A stretch of 64,000 nucleotides of DNA from a bacterium (GTDB taxonomy: Bacteria > Verrucomicrobiota > Verrucomicrobiia > Chthoniobacterales > JAFAMB01), in contig JBKPBY010000053.1 of the NCBI GenBank assembly GCA_046727075.1, positions 13,078 to 77,077 of the forward strand, in the 5' to 3' direction. Positions within the stretch are counted from its first letter, which is position 1. Every line of letters begins with the position of its first letter. The notes beneath the pieces were generated by a model, which worked only from the letters and a program-made list of their open reading frames with translations, was not told the origin of the DNA and made no database searches. Below are positions 1-9,757 of this stretch, piece after piece. Made by a program: the position numbers and the translations under genes.

Positions 1-381
1 GCCAAGATCCAGCCTGCCGAAGGGGAGCCTTACTTTGTTTCTAGCGGAGATCAGCTGAAAGGCCTGAACTACAAAGTCTTGGACGTCGAAACACGCAGCA
101 CCGAGGACAAAGATGGTAACCCGGTCGATGCATCCGTAGTGAAGCTTAAAAATACCAGGACCGGAGAAACCATATCGCTAATCAAAGGGATTCCGGCACA
201 AGAACGCGGCTCATATGCAATTCTCGCGGCAGCAGACCGGACGCTGAGGGTCGAGGCGGATCAGAATTTCAATCTACCGGGAGATACGAGTCATACCTAC
301 AAAGTGGTCGACATTCGCCCGAACCAGGTTGTCATCAAGTGCCTGGAAGATAATCGCGTAATTACCCTGCAAAAGAGATGA
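1..381 (+). CDS. hypothetical protein, C-terminal part (frame open to the window edge)
   Basis: Frame 1 has no stop from nt 1 to the TGA at 379-381. The listed ORF 79..381 begins at a TTG only because the window starts here. The stop overlaps the next start (ATGA at 378-381). No family recognised. Confidence 0.5.
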   Translation, partial: AKIQPAEGEPYFVSSGDQLKGLNYKVLDVETRSTEDKDGNPVDASVVKLKNTRTGETISLIKGIPAQERGSYAILAAADRTLRVEADQNFNLPGDTSHTYKVVDIRPNQVVIKCLEDNRVITLQKR

Positions 382-1193
382 AGATTCCTCTCGAAGATCT
401 ATTTGAAGACATCGTCGGCAAAGCGCAGCGCGGTCTTCAGGTTAGTGACCAGGAGCTGAGCCAAAAAAGCCAATTAAGTTCGGACCAGCTGCGTGCCCTT
501 AAGAATGGTAGCGGTGATCCCGCGCGGGTCGGCGCAGTGGCCAAGGCACTCGGGCTTGATTCAAAGGCGTTGCTGGAGAGTTATCAAAAGTCCTGGTATC
601 CGAGCGGTGTCGAAGCGATTCCGGGTGTTAAGCAATTTAACACCCCATTGATGGATATGACTGTGAACTCCTATCTGGTCTGGGATCCAGCGACCAAGGA
701 GGCCGCCGTATTCGACACCGGAGCCGATGCCAGTGAGATGCTGGCTTTTGTCAAAGCCGAGAGGCTGGCGGTGAAGTATGTCTTTCTCACACATACCCAT
801 TCGGATCATGTCGCTGATCTGGGTGCAATCGTGAAGGAAACTCGAGCCGAAGTGTTCTCTCCTGCTCCCGAGCGACTTGCCGATACCAAAGCGGTAAGGG
901 AAGGAGATCAGTTCCGCCTGGGAAGCCTTCGGATTGAAGTCAAATTGACCAACGGCCATTCACCGGGTGGGACATCTTTTGTTGTCCATGGCCTCAAAAC
1001 GCCGGTCGCTATAGTCGGTGATTCGTTGTTCGCCGGATCAATGGGAGGTGCGCCGAACGAATACCAGAAAGCTCTCAGGAACAACGAAGAAAAGCTCCTT
1101 ACGCTCCCGGAAAACACTCTGATCTGCCCCGGACACGGACCCTTGACCACAGTCGCCAACGAGCTTGTCCACAATCCGTTTTTCGCGAAGTGA
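378..1193 (+). CDS. MBL-fold metallo-hydrolase (glyoxalase-II-like) with an N-terminal HTH-like extension
   Basis: 271 aa. HxHxDH motif THTHSDHV, then later GHSPGG and PGHGP. The first ~70 aa (LSQKSQLSSDQLRALKNG) look like an appended helix-turn-helix-like segment. Translationally coupled to the upstream ORF. Confidence 0.85.
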   Translation: MKIPLEDLFEDIVGKAQRGLQVSDQELSQKSQLSSDQLRALKNGSGDPARVGAVAKALGLDSKALLESYQKSWYPSGVEAIPGVKQFNTPLMDMTVNSYLVWDPATKEAAVFDTGADASEMLAFVKAERLAVKYVFLTHTHSDHVADLGAIVKETRAEVFSPAPERLADTKAVREGDQFRLGSLRIEVKLTNGHSPGGTSFVVHGLKTPVAIVGDSLFAGSMGGAPNEYQKALRNNEEKLLTLPENTLICPGHGPLTTVANELVHNPFFAK

Positions 1194-1413
1194 AGGCCGC
1201 TGATTGGCGGGTTCGGTCGTTATCGAATTGCCGTTCGGTGTTTGAAGGCCAGCCTTGTTGCTTCGCGACTAGGCCAAGGACCGACACCGTGCGTCTCAAA
1301 CGCCTGTGGGACCCAAACGCGGATGCGACTTACGGGTAACGGTTGGTACGTTCGTTTCCAGCGCCCCATTCTGAAGGGATGACCGAATTGCGGAACGGCC
1401 CTACGGCTCGATT

Positions 1414-2097
1414 CTAACGACCGCTGACTGCCGCACCGAAGGGCTTCTTTTCCAAGAAACCTTCATACGCCCGGAGCGCACTCTGATTGTGCTTGCGAAC
1501 TAGATTCTCTACCCGGTCAGCATCCCCGCTTCGGATGGCGCTAAGGATCTGCCAGTGTTGCTTCTGAGCAATCGGCAAATGATCGACAAACACTTCCTTT
1601 AACAAGTGTCGATGCAGCCGGTCCCAATGATCGAGTACTTTGACAATGAGACTCGCGATAAGTGGTGTGCCGGCGTGCGCACAGATGAATTCATGGAAAT
1701 GACGGTTCTCTTGCGACCACGCCTCCGCATCGGAAGTCAACGCATCCATGCGAGTCACAATCGCTTCGAGCTGATCCAGTTCTGCCGACTTCAACCGTCG
1801 GCAAGCGATCCGGCTACTCACCACCTCCATCGCCTCGAGCAGGGTGAACACTTCAACAATTGATTCTGCCTTGATCTCTGCTACTCGCGCGCCGATGAAC
1901 GGTTCGAACACAACATAGCCATCGGCGTGCAACTGCTGAAGCGCCTCGCGAACCGGTATTGTGCTGACGCCAAGGTCCTCCGCCAGATCGTCGATAACTA
2001 ACCTGGCTCCTGGCGCAAGTTCACCATTCAGGATTGCTAGTCGGATCTCTGCCACAACCAGATCTTTTTTGCTGCGTACACCGATCAAACGTTTCAT
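1414..2097 (-). CDS. GntR-family transcriptional regulator (FadR/FCD type)
   Basis: 227 aa. N-terminal winged HTH DLAEDLGVSTIPVREALQQLHADGYV plus a helical C-terminal effector domain. Last gene of the minus-strand sugar operon. Confidence 0.85.
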   Translation of the reverse strand: MKRLIGVRSKKDLVVAEIRLAILNGELAPGARLVIDDLAEDLGVSTIPVREALQQLHADGYVVFEPFIGARVAEIKAESIVEVFTLLEAMEVVSSRIACRRLKSAELDQLEAIVTRMDALTSDAEAWSQENRHFHEFICAHAGTPLIASLIVKVLDHWDRLHRHLLKEVFVDHLPIAQKQHWQILSAIRSGDADRVENLVRKHNQSALRAYEGFLEKKPFGAAVSGR

Positions 2098-2151
2098 CGG
2101 ATCACTGTTTAGGCCCCGGTGCGCTCCGGAAAGGTCGGGAGCGTTTACTTT

Positions 2152-2973
2152 CTAATTTCCGCTGAGGACTTTTCCGAACCGCTCCTTGATCAGTTCAAGA
2201 GCTCTGTTGCCCGGTAGTTGCCAAAGCTCTTGATTAAATATTTCGACTTCGATTGGACCGTTAAACCCTGCCTTTCCGATCATCGCAGCAATCGCTGCTA
2301 GCTCAATGTATCCGTCTCCCATAAGCCCGCGTCCATTCAATATGTCCGGGATTGGAAGGATCCAGTCGCTTATATGAAATCCAAGGATCCGGCCCGCCGC
2401 ACGTTCAATTTGCTTTTCCAAGTCGGGATCCCACCAGACGTGGTAGGCATCAATTACCACTCCAACTATTTCTTGCGGAAAAAGGGCCGCCAGATCATTT
2501 GCTTGCGCCAATGTCACGACCACCGATCGATCAGCAGCAAACATCGGATGCAGGGGCTCGATTCCTAATTGAATGCCTCGTTCGGCCGCATACGGAACGA
2601 GGTCAGCAATCCCTGCTTCTACCATTCGACGGCTTGCTGATAGCCCCGTTTTGCCAATCCCACCGCAAACTAGCACCAACAACGGGGCGCCAAGCAGAGC
2701 CGCTTCATCGATTGCTGTGCGATTGTCTTTCAACCGCTCCTGGCGTTGTTTGTCATCATCGTAAGGAAAGAACCCGCCTCGGCAAAGGCTGGATACTTTG
2801 AGTCCAGCATTCGCGATTAGTTCTTTCGCTCTTTCGATTCCGACTTCGTGTACGCGGTCTCGCCACAAGCCAACATGTGAAATGGCATATTTGCGGCAAC
2901 CCTCTACGAGCTGTTCCACCGTTATCTGCCGTACCGAATAATGATTAATGCTGAGCTGTGCGTGCGCCTTCAT
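2152..2973 (-). CDS. sugar phosphate isomerase/epimerase (xylose-isomerase-like TIM barrel)
   Basis: 273 aa. TIM-barrel family pattern (LGAPLLVLVCGG, IQLGIEPLHP, DAYHVWWDP). The start lies 3 nt after the upstream stop. Confidence 0.8.
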   Translation of the reverse strand: MKAHAQLSINHYSVRQITVEQLVEGCRKYAISHVGLWRDRVHEVGIERAKELIANAGLKVSSLCRGGFFPYDDDKQRQERLKDNRTAIDEAALLGAPLLVLVCGGIGKTGLSASRRMVEAGIADLVPYAAERGIQLGIEPLHPMFAADRSVVVTLAQANDLAALFPQEIVGVVIDAYHVWWDPDLEKQIERAAGRILGFHISDWILPIPDILNGRGLMGDGYIELAAIAAMIGKAGFNGPIEVEIFNQELWQLPGNRALELIKERFGKVLSGN

Positions 2974-2976
2974 TTG

Positions 2977-4134
2977 TCACATCACCCCCGCTAGCGCTAG
3001 AAACCGTTGCATTCGCTCCACCGCCAGCTCCTGATCGAGGAGCAACCCGGCTTGGTCTGCCAGAATAAAAAGCCGGCTCACGTGCGCAACCGATCGCGCG
3101 GATTCGAGTCCTCCAACCATTCGAAAATGCGTCTGCAGCCCGTTGAGATAGGCCAGAAAGACTAACCCTGTTTTATAATGGTAGGTCGGCTCCTGAAAAA
3201 TGTGACGGGCCAACGGCACGGTAGGTTTCAAAATCTGCAGGAACCCGTCTCGATCGCCTCGATCCAACGCACCGAACGCGGCCGACGCAGCCGGCGCAAT
3301 CGCATCAAAAATCCCAAGGAGCGCATGGCTGAAACCTGCTTCATCCCCGAGGATCAACTCGGGATACGAAAAATCGTCTCCAGTCAATAGCGCGACTCCT
3401 GGTGGAAGCCTTCGGCGGATTCCAATTTCGCGGTCCTTGTCCAGAAGCGAAATTTTTACTCCGACGACTTTGCTGGCTAATGCATTAAGCAGGATCAAGA
3501 AATTCTCCGTCGCTATGTCCAGGTCGGTTGAGCCCCAATAGCCGGTGAGAGCTGGATCGAACATCGGACCAAGCCAGTGCAAGATTACACGATCTTTGCA
3601 CGATCCAACGATTTCGCTGTAGACTTGTTGGTAGTCGTCAAATGAACGAGCGATCGCGGCCAGCGATCTGCTGGCCATGATAACGACTTGCCCGTTCCAT
3701 TGTTCAATCCAATCGCATTGCTCCTCGTACGCAGCGGCCACGTCAGACAATGACCGAGCATTGGAAAGCTGATCTGTTCCTGCGCCGCAAACGACCTGAT
3801 GCTTCCCGCGCGACGCCGCGAGGCTAGAGCGACGGATCAGCTCCTTAGCGGCAGTCCAGTTGAGTCCCATGCCGCGCTGGGCCGTATCCATTGCCTCAGC
3901 TACCCCAAAGCCCAGCGACCAAAGATGTTCGCGAAAACGTAATGTCGCCTCCCAATCGATGGCAGCCGGGATTCCTAATCCATTTTCCGCCAACGGATCG
4001 GCGACCACGTGGGCTGCTGCGTAGGCAGTCCGGTAGTTGAAATTGGAGACTGTAGCGAATTCTTTGCGCGGTTGTAGCCTATGCGTCGTTAAATCTCGGT
4101 CGCCGATTGGCAGCTTGATTGACCTGGTCTTCAT
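2977..4134 (-). CDS. DUF993-like protein (unknown function, co-occurs with Gfo/Idh/MocA and TIM-barrel genes)
   Basis: AEAMDTAQRGMGLNW, HWLGPMFDPALTGYWGS and SHALLGIFDAIAPAASAAF match my recollection of DUF993. Start taken at ATG 4134 (MKTRSIKLP); the ORF stays open to TTG 4185. Confidence 0.65.
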   Translation of the reverse strand: MKTRSIKLPIGDRDLTTHRLQPRKEFATVSNFNYRTAYAAAHVVADPLAENGLGIPAAIDWEATLRFREHLWSLGFGVAEAMDTAQRGMGLNWTAAKELIRRSSLAASRGKHQVVCGAGTDQLSNARSLSDVAAAYEEQCDWIEQWNGQVVIMASRSLAAIARSFDDYQQVYSEIVGSCKDRVILHWLGPMFDPALTGYWGSTDLDIATENFLILLNALASKVVGVKISLLDKDREIGIRRRLPPGVALLTGDDFSYPELILGDEAGFSHALLGIFDAIAPAASAAFGALDRGDRDGFLQILKPTVPLARHIFQEPTYHYKTGLVFLAYLNGLQTHFRMVGGLESARSVAHVSRLFILADQAGLLLDQELAVERMQRFLALAGVM

Positions 4135-4225
4135 TTCTACGGTCCAAAACCTCGGGCGATATTCGCTTGTCGCAACCGACAACAAATGAAAGCCAGGGGT
4201 TATCTGTCGTCGCTTCGCGACACGC

Positions 4226-5371
4226 TCATAGCGGTTCTAGATCCACCCAACGACGTTCTCTCCACGATTGCAATGCTGCCTCCGCTAGTTGCACACCCTT
4301 GGCTCCCTCTAAAAGTGTGTAAGGAAACGGCGTATCTTCCAGCACATGCCTGAGAAAAAGCTCCCACTGGGCCTTAAATCCGTTCTCGAATGTCTCGTTC
4401 TCTGGTATCTCATGCCAGTCACCAAAGAAATCGTGCGTGTTCGGTACATCAGGGTTCCAGATCGGCCTGGGCGTCTGGACGCAGTGCTGCACCTTGCAAT
4501 TCCGAAGCCCCGCGACTGCACTTCCGTTCACTCCATCAACTTGAAGGCTGAACAGTTCGTCCCGGTAGACACGCACGCACCAGGAGGAATTGATTTGCGC
4601 GATTACGCCGTCTTTCAGTTCGAAGAGCGCATATGCGGCATCGTCTGCAGTCGCGTCATACCCATGCCCTTCCTCATCGTATCGCACAGGAATATGGCGC
4701 GCGCCGATTGCGCAGACGCTTTGTACCTGACCGAACAGATTATCCAGCACATAACGCCAATGGCTGAACATATCCAGAATGATGCCGCCCCCATCTTCCG
4801 AACGGTAGTTCCAGGAAGGCCGCTGAGCTGGTTGCCAATCTCCTTCGAAAACCCAGTAACCGAACTCGCCTCGCACCGACAGGATTTTTCCGAAGAATCC
4901 GCTTTCGATGAGATCCTTAAGTTTGCGAAGCCCTGGCAAAAACAATTTATCCTGCACAACGCCATTCTTGATGCCTGCCTTTGTCGCTAATCGGCTTAGC
5001 TCAAGCGCTGTTGGCAAGTCTTCAGCGACCGGTTTTTCGCAGTAAACATGTTTACCGGCGGCGATCGCTGCCCTGACAGCAGGAGCGCGTTCGCTGGTAA
5101 CCTGCGAATCGAAATAGATGGAGGCATCGGGATCGGCGAGAGCTGAGTCGAGATTTGTGATCCACCGATTCACCCCAAACTCCTCCGCCAACGCGCGCAA
5201 TCTGTGTTCGTTGCGGCCGATCAACACTGGCTCCGGTTGGACCACCTCGTCATTAGTCAGCTGAAGACCGCCTTGTTCGCGGATCGCCAGGATGGATCGG
5301 ACCAGGTGCTGGCTGCGTCCCATGCGACCAGTAACGCCGTTCATCAGGATGGGGAGAATTCGCTGCTGCAT
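4226..5371 (-). CDS. Gfo/Idh/MocA-family oxidoreductase
   Basis: 381 aa. N-terminal Rossmann segment ILMNGVTGRMG and the family EKP motif (HVYCEKPVAEDL). First gene of the minus-strand operon. Confidence 0.85.
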   Translation of the reverse strand: MQQRILPILMNGVTGRMGRSQHLVRSILAIREQGGLQLTNDEVVQPEPVLIGRNEHRLRALAEEFGVNRWITNLDSALADPDASIYFDSQVTSERAPAVRAAIAAGKHVYCEKPVAEDLPTALELSRLATKAGIKNGVVQDKLFLPGLRKLKDLIESGFFGKILSVRGEFGYWVFEGDWQPAQRPSWNYRSEDGGGIILDMFSHWRYVLDNLFGQVQSVCAIGARHIPVRYDEEGHGYDATADDAAYALFELKDGVIAQINSSWCVRVYRDELFSLQVDGVNGSAVAGLRNCKVQHCVQTPRPIWNPDVPNTHDFFGDWHEIPENETFENGFKAQWELFLRHVLEDTPFPYTLLEGAKGVQLAEAALQSWRERRWVDLEPL

Positions 5372-5521
5372 TTTTTGGAGAGGAATCGTTCTGTCGCCAT
5401 TTGGAAAATTTCAAAAGCGGACGACACAATCATTTGAAACCGCCCGGACTTATCATATATCATATATCGTCCCGCGCCAGCTATGACTTTGGTCGCCGGC
5501 AGCACTAGTTTCATCAGAAAG

Positions 5522-6580
5522 ATGACTGCTCCCCTCCGCATCGCCGTGGTCGGTTCCGGTATTGGCGCTCAACATGTCCAAGGCTATCAAGCCGCTCCAG
5601 ATCTTTTCGAGGTCGTCGCCGTTTGCGATATTGACGCTGAGCGCGGATCAGCGTTGGCCCAACAGTATGGTATCCGGGAATCGCTGACCGATTTCTCCGC
5701 GGTGATCTGTCGCGCCGATGTGGATGTCGTTGATCTTTGCACTCCGCCTCATCTTCATTTCCAACAGATCTTCGCTGCTCTTGAGTCTGGAAAACATGTG
5801 ATATGCGAAAAGCCGATCACCGGCAGCCTGGCCGAGCTGGATCGTTTAGAAGAGCTTGCTGCCAGGACCGGGAACCAGATCATGCCGATTTTCCAGTACC
5901 GCTTCGGTCATGGCCTGCAAAAGCTGAAATCCTTAGTTGATCGCCGGCTGACAGGTGACGCCTTTGTTTTTAACGTCGATATCGCCTGGTGGCGATCCTC
6001 TGACTACTACGCGGTGCCATGGCGCGGTAAACGTGCCACAGAATTAGGCGGAGCGCTTCTCAGCCAGGCGAGCCATGCATTAGATATGGTTTTCTATATT
6101 CTCGGCCCGGCCCAAACACTCTTTGCCCGAGCCGCGACACGTGTGAATCCGATAGAGGTTGAAGATTGCGTGGCGATTTCAACGGAGATGAAGGATGGCT
6201 CGCTTGGCACGATCTCGGTCACACTCGGTTCGGCAGAAGAAATTTCGCGTCACCGCTTCACCTTTCGCAATTTGAGTGCGGAGAGTAATACGAAACCGTA
6301 CGCGAACTCGACCGAACCCTGGCTGTTCTCGTTTCCGGAAGAAAAGCCAAATGAACAGATCCTGAATGTCCTGCAGAAGTTCACTCCCCTGGCGGAAGGA
6401 TATGAAGAGCAATTCCGGCGTTTCCATAAAGCATTGAGTCGCGGTGAACCGCTGCCGGTCACATTGGAAGACGCGCGCCGAGTTCTGGAGTTTGTTGCCG
6501 CCGTTTATTGGTCAGCCGAGAGTGGAGAACATGTTTCCCTGCCGTTAGCCAAAAGCAATCCGAAATACGTGCATCTCTAA
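5522..6580 (+). CDS. Gfo/Idh/MocA-family oxidoreductase
   Basis: LRIAVVGSGIGAQH Rossmann motif sits directly after ATG 5522; the ORF is open from 5483. HVICEKPITGSL motif present. Confidence 0.85.
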   Translation: MTAPLRIAVVGSGIGAQHVQGYQAAPDLFEVVAVCDIDAERGSALAQQYGIRESLTDFSAVICRADVDVVDLCTPPHLHFQQIFAALESGKHVICEKPITGSLAELDRLEELAARTGNQIMPIFQYRFGHGLQKLKSLVDRRLTGDAFVFNVDIAWWRSSDYYAVPWRGKRATELGGALLSQASHALDMVFYILGPAQTLFARAATRVNPIEVEDCVAISTEMKDGSLGTISVTLGSAEEISRHRFTFRNLSAESNTKPYANSTEPWLFSFPEEKPNEQILNVLQKFTPLAEGYEEQFRRFHKALSRGEPLPVTLEDARRVLEFVAAVYWSAESGEHVSLPLAKSNPKYVHL

Positions 6581-6604
6581 CATCTGCAGAAGGAGAACAG
6601 AACT

Positions 6605-7372
6605 ATGGATCAGTCTACGATCGACGCCCCAGCACTGCCCGGCGGCATAAGTGTCACACATCTTCGCGTCTATGACTCTGCCGGTCCGGACGGACTCTGC
6701 GGAGGCAGCGCCCACATGCATTTCGCCTGTACCGAGGCTTATCTGGTCCTTTCCGGCGAAGGCGCAGTGCAGACCTTGAGCGGGCAGGGTTACCGTGAGA
6801 CACCTCTGCAAAAGGGTTCGGTAGTCTGGTTTACTCCCGGAGTCATTCATCGGTTGATCAACCGTGACAAGCACCTGGAGATTTATGTCGTCATGGAAAA
6901 CCAAGGACTGCCGGAACACGGCGATTCCGTGCTCGCGTTTCCGGATGAGTACCTGGAGAACAAAGAAAAATATTTCGAGTATGCTTCGCTGAGTTCCAAG
7001 GGCGCTGTCTATGCCAACGATCTCGACGCGGCCACTCGCAGACGAAATTTGGCAGTAGAAGGCTTTATGGCGCTAGGCAAAAGAGTGGAGTCCGAGGGTC
7101 CTCGAGCGCTTCATGCTTTCTATGAGAGAGCTGTAAGTCTCATGCGCGCCAAAGAACCGCAGTTGCGAAATATTTGGGAATCCGGACCCGCAGCTACACT
7201 TAAGCGGACCGAAAAATATCTGAACTCGCTACGCGCTGCGTCGAGTGACTATCTTTCGACATCGGCAATCTTCGCGTTCCCACCCGAAACCCAAGCGCGC
7301 AAACTCGGATTCTGCGGAACGCTTCGGCCCTATCTACCCGAAGGAATCATCGTCGACGCCCAGGACAAATGA
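6605..7372 (+). CDS. cupin-domain protein
   Basis: 255 aa. Cupin-like core HMHFACTEAYLVLSGEGAV ... VVWFTPGVIHRLIN. AGGAG lies 9 nt upstream of the ATG. Confidence 0.6.
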   Translation: MDQSTIDAPALPGGISVTHLRVYDSAGPDGLCGGSAHMHFACTEAYLVLSGEGAVQTLSGQGYRETPLQKGSVVWFTPGVIHRLINRDKHLEIYVVMENQGLPEHGDSVLAFPDEYLENKEKYFEYASLSSKGAVYANDLDAATRRRNLAVEGFMALGKRVESEGPRALHAFYERAVSLMRAKEPQLRNIWESGPAATLKRTEKYLNSLRAASSDYLSTSAIFAFPPETQARKLGFCGTLRPYLPEGIIVDAQDK

Positions 7373-7400
7373 AGTCCATGTCCTGAAACAAACAAAACTC

Positions 7401-8471
7401 ATGCGTTGGCAAGAAATTCTCGACGAAACAATTTCACCTGAGCCTGCCTGCAAGCCTGGCGATTTCCGTGTGGCTGCGGTCGGACTCGATCACAATCATA
7501 TCTATGGAATGTGCCAAGGGTTGGTTGAGGCAGGCGCTTCGGTAGAAATGGTGTTTGATCCTGATCCGGATAAGGTCGCAGTCTTTCGGCAAAGATTTCC
7601 TTCGGCAAGAGTCGCGAAATGCTCGAGCCAAGCGCTCGACTCCGCCGCCGTTCAGATGGTGGCGTGCGCATCGGTTCCTGGTAACAGAGCTGAGATTGGC
7701 GCTCAAGCGCTTGATGCAGGCAAAGATTTTTTCGTCGACAAACCAGCGTTAACGACACTGGCTCAGTTCAATTCTATCCGTAGCGCGGTCGACAGTTCGA
7801 AAAGAAAGTTCTTTGTCTACTTTAGCGAACGATTGCATAGCGAATGCGCCGGCGCCGCCGGAATCCTGATTGAGCACGGCGCGATTGGGCGTGTAATCCA
7901 GGTTTTAGGTCTTGGTCCTCATCGCCTTAACGCCTCGGCTCGACCAGATTGGTTCTTCAAACGAGACCGTTATGGGGGCATTCTTTGTGATATCGGGAGC
8001 CACCAGATCGAGCAGTTTCTGTTCTTTTCGCGGTCCAAGGATGCGGAGATTCTGAGTGCTGCCGTAGCAAATTATCACCATCCGGAGACCCCCGAACTGG
8101 AAGATTTTGGTGAAGCCAGCCTGATTGGTGACAATGGTTCGAGCAACTATTTCCGGGTTGACTGGTTTACTCCCGATGGGCTGTCAACCTGGGGCGACGG
8201 TCGAACGATTATCCTAGGTACCGACGGATATATTGAACTTCGGAAGAATGTTGATATCGCCCACGATCGAGGAGACCAACTTTACCTGGTCAACGGAGAA
8301 GGCGAATTTCATTTTTCTGTCGCCGGTAAAATTGGGTTCCCGTTCTTTGGGCAACTGATTCGAGACTGTCTTGATCGCACTGATGCTTCAATGACTCAGG
8401 AACATATTTTCAAATCAATTGAGCTGTCTCTGAAAGCACAATCCCAAGCGATTCGTTTATGGCCGCGATGA
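7401..8471 (+). CDS. Gfo/Idh/MocA-family oxidoreductase (variant N-terminus)
   Basis: FRVAAVGLDHNHIYGM N-terminal strand-loop and FFVDKPALTT in place of EKP. Start placed at ATG 7401, because the longer ORF from 7245 overlaps the cupin gene. Confidence 0.8.
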   Translation: MRWQEILDETISPEPACKPGDFRVAAVGLDHNHIYGMCQGLVEAGASVEMVFDPDPDKVAVFRQRFPSARVAKCSSQALDSAAVQMVACASVPGNRAEIGAQALDAGKDFFVDKPALTTLAQFNSIRSAVDSSKRKFFVYFSERLHSECAGAAGILIEHGAIGRVIQVLGLGPHRLNASARPDWFFKRDRYGGILCDIGSHQIEQFLFFSRSKDAEILSAAVANYHHPETPELEDFGEASLIGDNGSSNYFRVDWFTPDGLSTWGDGRTIILGTDGYIELRKNVDIAHDRGDQLYLVNGEGEFHFSVAGKIGFPFFGQLIRDCLDRTDASMTQEHIFKSIELSLKAQSQAIRLWPR

Positions 8472-8567
8472 GTTCTGCGGAGACGCAGAAAACGGTGGAC
8501 GGTGCTTTCCGACCCTTGCGGATGTGTGTGACGAGCTAACCGAGCAGCACTAGAGTCACCGTTGCTG

Positions 8568-8650
8568 CAGCGCCATGGATCCCATTGGTTGGCGCTGAAT
8601 TGCCCAGCCGGGGAGGCCCAAAACGGCTTGCGTTTTGGGCCTTCCCGGCT
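8568..8650. repeat. two adjacent stem-loops inside the plus-strand oxidoreductase operon
   Basis: Hairpin 1: CAGCGCCA (8568-8575) pairs with TGGCGCTG (8590-8597). Hairpin 2: AGCCGGGGAGGCCCAAAACG (8606-8625) pairs with CGTTTTGGGCCTTCCCGGCT (8631-8650), a 20-nt arm with one mismatch and a 5-nt loop. Confidence 0.7.
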
Positions 8651-8662
8651 AAGGGCAATTCA

Positions 8663-9757
8663 ATGGAAAAACACCGCGTCGGTATTGTCGGGTTGGGGTG
8701 GCCGGGCGAACGCCATGCAGAAGCCATCGAGGCGTGCGGACTGGGCCAGCTTTACGCGATTTGTGATTTGAATGAAGAACGTCGCAAGAATTTTGCGGCG
8801 ATGTTTCCATCCGAAAAAGTGTTCGGTCAGTATGACGAAATGCTTGCGGATACCCGCTTGGAATCGGTCGTAGTCAGTCTTCCAAATTCGCTGCATTTTC
8901 CGGCGACACTTCAAGCCTTGAAGGCGGGTAAACATGTGTTGTGCGAGAAACCACCGACATTGAACGCCGGCCAGATGCGCCAGATTCAGGCCGAGGCCCA
9001 AAAGAATGGTTTGGTCTATTGTTTTGGCCGGCAAATGCGCTTTTCCGGAGCGATGCAAGCTGCTCGATCTGCAGTCGCAGCCAGGCGCCTTGGCGAGATT
9101 TATTATGCTCAAACGAAGTGGGTACGATCTCGCGGAACACCTGGTGGAATCGATGGTTGGTTTACCGATCGGTCACGAGCCGGTGGAGGCGCTCTGATCG
9201 ATATCGGAGTCCATGCTATCGATTCGGCATGGTATTTAATGGGTTGCCCAAAACCGAGAACCGTCTCTGCCCAGACCTACCAAAAGTTTCCACAACTGGT
9301 CAAAACGCCGGTCTTCGACGTTGAAGACAGCGCCTACGGGATGATTCGATTTGAAACGGGCGCATCGCTGCTATTCGAAGTAGCGTGGGCGGCAAATCTT
9401 ACCGACGACGTCCCGCGCGGCAGAGGAAAGCGAGGCCTTCGCGAGATGTTCAGCACAACTGTTTACGGACCAAAAGCGTCGCTACGAGTGGTCGACATTT
9501 CCCAATCTGATCCGGCCGAAAACATTCCGGCACTTGCGCTGTTTGAGGATCAGAATGGAGAACCGCTAAGGCAAGAACTACCATTTGAGTCCACCGATTT
9601 TCAGCACGACTTCATGGTGCAAATGAAGAATTTCCTCAAGGCAATTCAAGGTGATGAAGCGCCTATCAACAGCTCTATCCAAGCGGTGCAGCTCATGGAG
9701 ATTCTTGACGCGGTATACCAATCGAGTCTGACTGGCCGAGAGGTTAGTCTGGTCTGA
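8663..9757 (+). CDS. Gfo/Idh/MocA-family oxidoreductase
   Basis: MEKHRVGIVGLGWPGERH Rossmann start at ATG 8663. HVLCEKPPTLN motif. Confidence 0.85.
   Translation: MEKHRVGIVGLGWPGERHAEAIEACGLGQLYAICDLNEERRKNFAAMFPSEKVFGQYDEMLADTRLESVVVSLPNSLHFPATLQALKAGKHVLCEKPPTLNAGQMRQIQAEAQKNGLVYCFGRQMRFSGAMQAARSAVAARRLGEIYYAQTKWVRSRGTPGGIDGWFTDRSRAGGGALIDIGVHAIDSAWYLMGCPKPRTVSAQTYQKFPQLVKTPVFDVEDSAYGMIRFETGASLLFEVAWAANLTDDVPRGRGKRGLREMFSTTVYGPKASLRVVDISQSDPAENIPALALFEDQNGEPLRQELPFESTDFQHDFMVQMKNFLKAIQGDEAPINSSIQAVQLMEILDAVYQSSLTGREVSLV

Noticed and set aside
7245-7400. Longer N-terminal extensions offered by the ORF track (7245, 8585, 5483, 28136, 31996, 38718, 44690, 54422 and others)
   Set aside because: The extensions overlap upstream genes or translate repeat elements (for example MAGRRR and NAKRQTPNS). 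Conserved family N-termini begin at the internal ATGs I used.
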